Positions 1 to 6,802 of a stretch of 64,000 bases of DNA are shown here, one piece after another. The notes beneath the pieces are model-generated. The model ran no database searches. It had not been told where the DNA came from and saw only the letters and a program-made list of their open reading frames with translations. The position numbers and the translations under genes were made by a program. The stretch spans positions 22,201 through 86,200 of the forward strand of contig MFRW01000011.1 in the NCBI GenBank assembly GCA_001786575.1. Reading direction: 5' to 3'. Source of the DNA: Candidatus Moranbacteria bacterium RIFCSPHIGHO2_01_FULL_55_24 (lineage in GTDB: Bacteria > Patescibacteriota > Minisyncoccia > Moranbacterales > UBA1568). How positions within the stretch are numbered: the first letter of the stretch is position 1; every line of letters starts with the position of its first letter.

Positions 1-245
1 TGATCCAGGCGTTCGGCATTGTTGTTCAAGCGCTGGTCAAGCGTCGTCTGGAAGCTCGCCAGCTGCTGGTTCAGCGAGGTAGCCATGTAATGCATCTTCT
101 CTTCGAAGCCCTTGCTCATACGCTCCACCCGTTCCTCGAGGCCGTCTTCGGAAATTGCGCCTTTTTTGCCGCGAAAAGAAAACGCTAGCCAGGAAGCGAG
201 GCTAGCCAGGAAAACTCCTATGAGAAAAAAGCCCCAGGGTTCCAT
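1..245 (-). CDS. 5'-partial gene; start codon at 245 and the gene runs off the window edge. The N-terminal 82 aa (MEPWGFFLIGVFLASLASWLAFSF, then a Q-rich coiled coil) resemble the DNA recombination protein RmuC
   Basis: Manual reverse-complement translation; a TM helix followed by LNQQLASFQTTLDQRLNNNAERLD resembles the RmuC N-terminal architecture. Absent from the ORF track because it is truncated. Confidence 0.35.
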   Translation of the reverse strand, partial: MEPWGFFLIGVFLASLASWLAFSFRGKKGAISEDGLEERVERMSKGFEEKMHYMATSLNQQLASFQTTLDQRLNNNAERLD

Positions 246-265
246 AGAAAAAAGACTCTAATGCG

Positions 266-871
266 CTATTTCTTAAGACCGGCGATAAAACGTTTCAATT
301 CCGGGACCTTGTTCACTACCTCCTCGTACGGCCCCTCGAGAAATTCGATGAAGAAACGGTCCAGCATATTCAGCCGGTAGTGCAGTTCTTCGTTATTCAT
401 AAGGACAAATCGGATCTCCTTGCCGACTTCCGCCTCGAGGTGGGTGATCGCGTGGCGGAGCTTCGTCCGATTGACGTTGTTCACCACCAGAATCATGTCG
501 ACTTTGCTCTTCGGATAATTCAGGAACAAGCCGCTGATCAGGATAAGCTTGACCTCTCCGGCAGTCTTGAGTTTCCGGAAGATCTGGGACTGGGCGTGGA
601 CATTCAGCTTCGAGACCAGACTCTTGAGCTCCGTATGGAAAGGGAAATTCTCATTCACGATAAACGCCTTTTTTCCCTTGCGGGAACGCTCGAACAAGAA
701 TTTCATCTTCACGAGCTTCGCAGCCTCCCGGGTGATATCCGTTTTCGGCACGAGCGTCTTTTCTGAAATTTCCGCAACCGTGTAGTCAGCGCCGGGATTT
801 AAGAGAAAGAAGCGGAGCAACCGGGAACGAGCTTTGGAACCGAACAGAGTATCGAACAGTGCGAGCGACAT
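266..871 (-). CDS. hypothetical protein with an N-terminal winged-helix-like DNA-binding region (putative transcriptional regulator)
   Basis: 201-aa ORF. The N-terminal segment ARSRLLRFFLLNPGADYTVAEISEKTLVPKTDITREAAKL is typical of wHTH regulators; the C-terminal domain is unassigned. Confidence 0.5.
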   Translation of the reverse strand: MSLALFDTLFGSKARSRLLRFFLLNPGADYTVAEISEKTLVPKTDITREAAKLVKMKFLFERSRKGKKAFIVNENFPFHTELKSLVSKLNVHAQSQIFRKLKTAGEVKLILISGLFLNYPKSKVDMILVVNNVNRTKLRHAITHLEAEVGKEIRFVLMNNEELHYRLNMLDRFFIEFLEGPYEEVVNKVPELKRFIAGLKK

Positions 872-1014
872 AGATTTCCTTCCTTACATGCATTTAAAAG
901 CCTCCATTCCTCTTTATGCAGTATAGGCAAAAAAGAGGGCTCCGTCAAAGCAGCCGTTTCCCCGGAAAATGCGAGGATAAAGCCTCCAAATAAAGCTTCC
1001 TTGGCTTGTTTTTA

Positions 1015-1023
1015 TGGTATACT
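1015..1023 (+). promoter_or_regulatory. extended -10 promoter element TGGTATACT upstream of the ATG at 1034
   Basis: TGnTATACT motif 11 nt upstream of the first ATG of the 847-aa ORF; the same TGGTA-type extended -10 recurs at 9430 and 29655. Confidence 0.4.
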
Positions 1024-1033
1024 ATGGGAGTAT

Positions 1034-3544
1034 ATGGCGGAAAAAAAACGCGAACAAAAAATGCGGGCAATTTCTGATCTCGACCGGGTCATCACCGATA
1101 TTCTCGTAGCGGAAAAACGCTCCAACGAACCGTTCATCAAGACATTCAATTATGTCGGTGAAAACGTTTCGAAACTCGATCTCGGCACCCTGGTCGGGGT
1201 ATTCGAGGTGGACGAAAAGAGCGAAGACTCCGCCTACATCGTCAACTTCCTGGCTTCCGTAGCCAAAAAAGAATATTTCAGCAATCCGCGGCGCGGAGCC
1301 ATCGAGAGTTTCGAAGCGGCGCTTCACAAGATAAATGTCGCATTAGCCGAACTCGTGAAGCACGGCAATATCGCCTGGCTGGGGAAATTCCATGGAGCGC
1401 TCGGCGTATTCGAGAAGAACAACTTCCATTTTTCCGTCAGCGGCGAAGCCGCCATCCTGCTTTTCAGGAATAATTCCTTTGTAGAAATCAGCGAAGGGCT
1501 GGCCTCCCCGGAAGCCCAGGAGCATCCGCTCAAGACGTTCGTAGAAGTTTCAAGCGGACGGCTTATGCTCGGGGATACCCTTATTTTATCCTCCCCGGAA
1601 CTCCAAGCGCTCTTTTCAGAGGACAGTCTCGCGAAAAACCGCGAGCGCCTCGGCATTCCCGGCTTCCGCCAATTCTTGAAGACCGCGCTCGTAAATGAGC
1701 TCGATATGGCCGCGACTCTCGTGGTAGATATCACCGAGAAGGACTTTTCCGCCCAAGAAAAATCCAGCCCCGCTAAACGCAGAGCAAAGAAGGAGGATTC
1801 TCCGGATGCTGCCTCATTCAATCCCTTCAGCCAACAGGCCTTCACCCCGAAGCCGAAAGAACGCTCCGAGGAAGACGTATTCCAGCCGCATGCCGAGCCG
1901 GCGCGTTCCGAATACACCGACAGCAAAACCGGACATATCTATGTCCAAGGGGAACTCCCGGAGGATATCCCGTCCCATCGCGCTTTCTTTGACGAACTCT
2001 CGCTCCGTTTCCAGGGTCTCGCCCTCGTCATCGGAAAATCATCTTCCCAGTGGGGCCGTTCGCTCCGCAAAACAAGGAAGCAGGCAGCGCTCTCGCTCTG
2101 GGTTCTTTCCCGTAATGGGAAGGAAAAGACGCATCAGCTCACCAGAAAGAGCCGGCGCGCTCTGCAGAAGCTTTGGCGCTCGCTTGAGGAGAAACGTCAG
2201 AAGAAAGCAGCTCCCACGGAAACATACTCCCCGGAAACATTCGAAACGCTCCCGGAAGAGCCCTCTTTTGCCGATCTTGATTTCAAAGCGCCCGAAAAAC
2301 CCGCCTCACTCGAAAGAGACCTCGAGGAGCCGTTATCCGACAGACAAGAGACTAGTTTCCGTCCGCAAGCGGCTCCTTTTCTCCCAAAAAGCCGCGAACA
2401 TGGAGCACTCCAGCAGAAGCTCCGCTCCTTTTATACCCAGGAAGGCTCCCGGAGGCCTTCTTCCGTTCCTGGAGAATCACCCTCTCTCCGCCAAGCGCTT
2501 CCAAGAGGAAACACTTTTCTGGCATCCCTCCTTGCTTCAGCCAAAAAAACTCTCCGGAAGACAAGCCTGCTCTTGAGGACTCTTCCTCGAACACTCGCTT
2601 CGTTCGATATCTCTCCTCTCAAGAAGTGGCATCTCGCTCTCGGGCTCGTGATCGCCATCAGTCTTTCGGCTTTTTTCCTCCTCAAAGATGATGGGCTCGA
2701 AAGCCGGAATGCAGACGAGTCGAACCTGAACCCCCAAGAGAATTCCCTCTCTCAAGAAGCAAACGGCGAAAAGAATGCGAACGTTCTCGGAGCGCCGACC
2801 TCTCTCGAAAAAGGGCTGCCTGAAGAAACGCGTCTCGTGACCTTGAATGGCCAGCCCTATGCCGTGACCCGGGATGCTCTCATCGATGTCCGCGAAAACA
2901 AGAGCTACTCTCCCCCGACCGGAGGAAACGCCGTGCGCTTCGCGGCAGCGATGGAAGACCTGCAGCTCATCTTCCTCTTCACCGAAAACAAGCTGGTCTA
3001 TGCCTGGAGTCCTATCAGTAAGACTTTCTCCCAGAATGAGATTGCGCTTCCCGAAAATTCCTCGGTCGGCGGCATCGGGACCTACCTCACCTATCTCTAT
3101 GTATTGGATACTTCGAACGATCAGATCTACCGCTTCCCCCGGGCCGAAGGCGGTTTCGGAGCGCCCACGAACTGGTTCCGAGAATCAGTGACTATAGAAG
3201 AGAATGCCCTTTTTGCCGTCAACGAGAGCATCATCATCACGCTTACGCCGAGCGAGATAAAAGGCTTTTTCCAGGGAAAGACCAATGCGACTTTCGAGAT
3301 GCCTGGAAGCGAAGCTTCCCTCGCAGCGCTTTATACCGATCCTGACACGCCGGAGATCTACGGACTCGACAGCAAAGGGAAACGTATCATCGTCTGGGAT
3401 ACCAGCGGCAAGATCATCGCAGAGTATTTCCATGAGGCGCTTGCCGGAGCCCGCGCACTTTCGGTCGATCCTAAAAGCAAGACTTTCTTCGTAGCCGGGA
3501 GCGATGGGGAAATCCTCTCCTTCTCTCTCGGAAACGGGATCTAG
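1034..3544 (+). CDS. single-pass membrane protein: N-terminal SpoIIE/RsbU-type PP2C-like domain (catalytic motifs partly degenerate), long S/R/K/P/E-rich linker, TM helix, C-terminal extracytoplasmic repeat domain
   Basis: Manual motif alignment of the N-terminus (first 220 aa) to RsbU/SpoIIE PP2C blocks: VGVFEVDEKSEDSAYIVNFLASV vs IGDVSGKGVPAALFMAM; FSVSGEAAILLFRNNSFVEI vs CNAGHNPPLLVRNNGSIELL; LMLGDTLILSSPEL vs LEKGDILLLYTDGV; LDMAATLVVDI vs YDDITCLVVKV. The TM helix is WHLALGLVIAISLSAFFLL. The C-terminus carries repeated Y..D/W.D-like strands. TTG at 1001 is an alternative start; ATG 1034 is preferred. Confidence 0.6.
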   Translation: MAEKKREQKMRAISDLDRVITDILVAEKRSNEPFIKTFNYVGENVSKLDLGTLVGVFEVDEKSEDSAYIVNFLASVAKKEYFSNPRRGAIESFEAALHKINVALAELVKHGNIAWLGKFHGALGVFEKNNFHFSVSGEAAILLFRNNSFVEISEGLASPEAQEHPLKTFVEVSSGRLMLGDTLILSSPELQALFSEDSLAKNRERLGIPGFRQFLKTALVNELDMAATLVVDITEKDFSAQEKSSPAKRRAKKEDSPDAASFNPFSQQAFTPKPKERSEEDVFQPHAEPARSEYTDSKTGHIYVQGELPEDIPSHRAFFDELSLRFQGLALVIGKSSSQWGRSLRKTRKQAALSLWVLSRNGKEKTHQLTRKSRRALQKLWRSLEEKRQKKAAPTETYSPETFETLPEEPSFADLDFKAPEKPASLERDLEEPLSDRQETSFRPQAAPFLPKSREHGALQQKLRSFYTQEGSRRPSSVPGESPSLRQALPRGNTFLASLLASAKKTLRKTSLLLRTLPRTLASFDISPLKKWHLALGLVIAISLSAFFLLKDDGLESRNADESNLNPQENSLSQEANGEKNANVLGAPTSLEKGLPEETRLVTLNGQPYAVTRDALIDVRENKSYSPPTGGNAVRFAAAMEDLQLIFLFTENKLVYAWSPISKTFSQNEIALPENSSVGGIGTYLTYLYVLDTSNDQIYRFPRAEGGFGAPTNWFRESVTIEENALFAVNESIIITLTPSEIKGFFQGKTNATFEMPGSEASLAALYTDPDTPEIYGLDSKGKRIIVWDTSGKIIAEYFHEALAGARALSVDPKSKTFFVAGSDGEILSFSLGNGI

Positions 3545-6015
3545 GCAGCCTCCTGGATCTTGATGCGTTCCAGAATCTCGCTCTTCACGATAGAAGCATC
3601 GCGCCCATAGCGGAGACGCGAGAGCTCTTTTAAGGCATTCGCCACTTCCTGATTGCCATTCGATGGCGGATACGTCTTCATATTGAAAGGCTTCGTGAGC
3701 TCATTGTTGAGAAGGAGCCTCACGAAACAGCGGTAATTGTCTACATTGACCAGGTCCTGCGCGGAAAAGACCGGTGCGAACTGCTTTTCCAGGAATTCCG
3801 CATCATCCGGTCCTACGCGGAAGGAAATGAGCGAACCCACATTCCCGAATACCGCTTTGGATATCTCTTCCTTCAGCTGGCCGATGAACTGGTGTGCCAG
3901 GACCAGGACCAGGCGGTATTTCCGAGCTTCGGAGAGGATCTGTGCGATGGAAGTCGTCGTCACATTCTGAAACTCATCCAAGTAAAGGTAGAAATCCGAA
4001 CGCTCTTCTTCGGGCATATCGACGCGCGACAGAGCCGCCATGAGGATCTTTCCGACGATGATCATACCGAGAAGGCGCGCATTGATCTCTCCCAGACGCC
4101 CTTTGGAGAGATTCACTAAGAGGATTTTCTTCTGGTCCATGACGTCGCGGAAATTGAAGGCGCTCTTCTGTTGCGCGATAATCGGCCGCATCAGGTCGTT
4201 TGAAATGAAAGCGGTGAGCTTCGAAGTGATATAGGGAACCATATTGGCCAGAGCGGCTTCGCCTCCGGCCTTCTCGGCTTCTTTCTGCCAGAAATCCCGT
4301 ACGATCGGGTTCTCGCAGTGGGAGAGTTTCATGCGCCGGAAATTCTCATCCGCAAGCACTTTCGGGATCTCCATGAGCGTCGAACCGCTCTCGGGATGTT
4401 CCATGACCAAGAGCATGGCGTTCCGCATATACTGCTCGAACATCGGGCCTCCCGTCGCCTTCATATCGTAGAGCTGGTCGAAGATGCCGATCATCTCGTT
4501 GATGACGAACGTTTTCTGCTCGGGGTGAGCCGGGTCATACTCGAGCATATTCATACCCAGAGGCTTGCCGGTGTCTGCCGGATCGAAGACGATGACATCT
4601 TCGGCACGCTCTTTCGGGATGGACGCGAGGATATCCTCTATCGCATCGCCATGCGGATCGATGAAGCAAAACCCTTTGCCGGCTCGGGCATCCTTCTTCG
4701 CCATTTCCTGGAGGAAATTCGACTTTCCGACGCCGGTCTGCCCCACCACATACATGTGGCGGCGGCGATCGGCATCCGTGATACGGATCTCCGTCTCCGT
4801 ACCGCGGTAGTCATTGAAGCCGAGGAGCATCCCTTCATTCGGGATGTTGATCGGCGGAGCAGCCGCTCCGGCCTTCAGCCACTTGATCTTAGGCGTAGCC
4901 GTCGTAGAGATCGGGAAGTGGAAAATGCTCGCGAGCTCTTCGGTGTTCAGAAGGAAAGAATGGTCTTCATCGAAATTCCGGAAAACATAGTGGAAAGCCG
5001 CTTCGCGCGTCTTGATCCGCTTCCTGACGCGGAAACGGTTGATATCGTGGTTCTCGAACTGACCGAAGGCGCTCTCCATGTGTCCGAGGATCTCATCGGC
5101 GCGAGACTGGGTATCAGCAGAAGCCAAAAGGCGCAGATTGACGCGGAAGGCGCTCTTGCTCGTCTTCTGGTCGATCGCTTTCACAAGCTCTTCCTCGTGA
5201 GGCGTCAGCATGACAGGCTTCTTCTCGCGATCAAGCGTGCCCTTCTTATTGGCCGGACTAAGAGCGCTCATGATATCCTTTCCCATTTCGTTGCCGGCTC
5301 TCTGCATCGTTTTGCCTTTCTTCAGATCCTGGATCCGCTTGCCTTCCTGGATATGCCGGGCGATCTGCTTGCCCTCTTGGCGCCAGACGGCTCCGGCCGG
5401 AGCGAGCACCAGCTGCATCACCGCGCCTTCGCTCGCGGTGTTGAGCTTGCTTAATGAATTCGATATCCCGTTGAGCGGATCGACCCCGAGATCGCGATAG
5501 GTCACGAGCGGAAGAGCGTGATGATGAGCAAGCTCCAGTTCTGCCACCGCTACCTTGCTCCCCGGCGCGAAAATCGTGTAGTCAGGGACGCGCTCTATGG
5601 TCGCTTCCGGGAAAAAGCTATGCACCTGTTTCTCGACGCTTTCCCGGAAGCGCTTCGGGATGCCGAGATAGAAAAAGATCTCCTCGCTCGAAGAGGGATT
5701 GGCGATTTCGAAAACGATCGTCGGAGCATGATAGAGGAGGCGCGAAAGGAAATTCCCCGGATGCTTCAGATTGGAAAGCGAAACCAGAAGCTGCTCCATG
5801 GCGAGAATCTCTTCTTTCCAAGCATCAGCATTCTGGCCGGCATCCTGCTTGCGGACAACTTGAACGACCTCCAGTTCCATCATGAGCGACTGGTTCACCT
5901 GCCGCCGGAAGCGTATGAAGCTCCTCGCGACCAGAAACCCCCCGCTCCCCAGGGTGACGAACCCCAGGAACCAGGTAAAAGGAATGAAAATACTATTGAA
6001 ATCGAACTGATTCAT
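3541..6015 (-). CDS. membrane-anchored P-loop ATPase of the type IV coupling protein (VirD4/TraG/TraD, TraG-D_C-like) family with an unusual ~420-aa N-terminal domain
   Basis: N-terminal hydrophobic anchor IFIPFTWFLGFVTLGSGGFLVARSFI; Walker A VVGQTGVGKSNFL; Walker B YLYLDEFQNV (the DEF variant typical of T4CPs); downstream LVLAHQFIGQL matches the T4CP xQSxxQL motif. A GGAGG SD lies 4 nt upstream of the ATG. The stop overlaps the convergent gene by 4 nt (CTAG). Confidence 0.6.
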   Translation of the reverse strand: MNQFDFNSIFIPFTWFLGFVTLGSGGFLVARSFIRFRRQVNQSLMMELEVVQVVRKQDAGQNADAWKEEILAMEQLLVSLSNLKHPGNFLSRLLYHAPTIVFEIANPSSSEEIFFYLGIPKRFRESVEKQVHSFFPEATIERVPDYTIFAPGSKVAVAELELAHHHALPLVTYRDLGVDPLNGISNSLSKLNTASEGAVMQLVLAPAGAVWRQEGKQIARHIQEGKRIQDLKKGKTMQRAGNEMGKDIMSALSPANKKGTLDREKKPVMLTPHEEELVKAIDQKTSKSAFRVNLRLLASADTQSRADEILGHMESAFGQFENHDINRFRVRKRIKTREAAFHYVFRNFDEDHSFLLNTEELASIFHFPISTTATPKIKWLKAGAAAPPINIPNEGMLLGFNDYRGTETEIRITDADRRRHMYVVGQTGVGKSNFLQEMAKKDARAGKGFCFIDPHGDAIEDILASIPKERAEDVIVFDPADTGKPLGMNMLEYDPAHPEQKTFVINEMIGIFDQLYDMKATGGPMFEQYMRNAMLLVMEHPESGSTLMEIPKVLADENFRRMKLSHCENPIVRDFWQKEAEKAGGEAALANMVPYITSKLTAFISNDLMRPIIAQQKSAFNFRDVMDQKKILLVNLSKGRLGEINARLLGMIIVGKILMAALSRVDMPEEERSDFYLYLDEFQNVTTTSIAQILSEARKYRLVLVLAHQFIGQLKEEISKAVFGNVGSLISFRVGPDDAEFLEKQFAPVFSAQDLVNVDNYRCFVRLLLNNELTKPFNMKTYPPSNGNQEVANALKELSRLRYGRDASIVKSEILERIKIQEAA

Positions 6016-6038
6016 GAACCCTCCTTTTCACGTATGTG

Positions 6039-6455
6039 TTAGCGCAAAGCGTTCCCCTTATCGAGTGCGGCATGAAACTGCTCCGCAAGCTCATCATGCA
6101 TCATATCGAGCGCATAGAAATCCTTGAGCGAGCGCGCTACTTGGACCGCGTGCGGGACCCCCTTGGTTTCTGCCAGCGAAACGAGGTGCGTGATGCGGCT
6201 TTCCTCATCAAGCGCGGCGGTCCGGTCCGCATCGCTCCTCACTTCCTGAATCGGTGCGACCGGATTCGGGGCATGTGCCTCCACCCTTTTCAAAAGCGAC
6301 TGGAAATCCCTGTTTTCCGCAGGAGCTTCTTCTCTCTTCACCTCATGCTCATAGGAGACAGCGGCTTCCAGCGTCTCTTCACGGATTTCCTCTGCTGGAG
6401 CGTCGAGGATATCCTCCTGTTCATGGTTAATCCCATTGCCGAACTCTTCTGCCAT
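6039..6455 (-). CDS. small acidic hypothetical protein (138 aa), co-operonic with the ATPase
   Basis: ORF with strongly acidic composition (many E/D) and predicted helical character; 23-nt gap to the downstream ATPase gene. Confidence 0.5.
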   Translation of the reverse strand: MAEEFGNGINHEQEDILDAPAEEIREETLEAAVSYEHEVKREEAPAENRDFQSLLKRVEAHAPNPVAPIQEVRSDADRTAALDEESRITHLVSLAETKGVPHAVQVARSLKDFYALDMMHDELAEQFHAALDKGNALR

Positions 6456-6472
6456 AGCGTTGTACCTAAAGA

Positions 6473-6790
6473 TTACAGCCCTCCCAGATTTTTCTTCATC
6501 TCTTCCGTGAATTCCTGCGCGACTTCGCGCACAAAGACATTGTATCCCGGAATGCTCTTTTCGAAAAAGGCTTCGATTTCTTCCGCAGAAGCGCCCCGGT
6601 CCAGAAGACCTTCGTATTCCGTCACGCCGCTCTCGCCGATTTTTTCCATCGTCGCGAGAAAGAGACGTTTGATGAACGCTTCTCCCATCTGTTCGAGCAG
6701 CGCATCCCGGCGCTCTTCGGGCACCTGTTCAAGCTGGAACTCTTCTGCAAACTGCTTCTTCAATGCTTGGAGATCTGGAGTCATACGCAA
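6473..6790 (-). CDS. small acidic hypothetical protein (105 aa), co-operonic
   Basis: ORF with acidic, helical composition (EEFQLEQVPEERRDALLEQMGEAF...); 12-17 nt gaps to its neighbours. Confidence 0.5.
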   Translation of the reverse strand: MRMTPDLQALKKQFAEEFQLEQVPEERRDALLEQMGEAFIKRLFLATMEKIGESGVTEYEGLLDRGASAEEIEAFFEKSIPGYNVFVREVAQEFTEEMKKNLGGL

Positions 6791-6802
6791 AAAATATATG
6801 GT

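Noticed and set aside
4318-5454. 378-aa plus-strand ORF
   Set aside because: It lies entirely antisense to the well-supported ATPase gene, has Arg/His/Leu-rich composition typical of antisense frames in high-GC DNA, and has no motifs.
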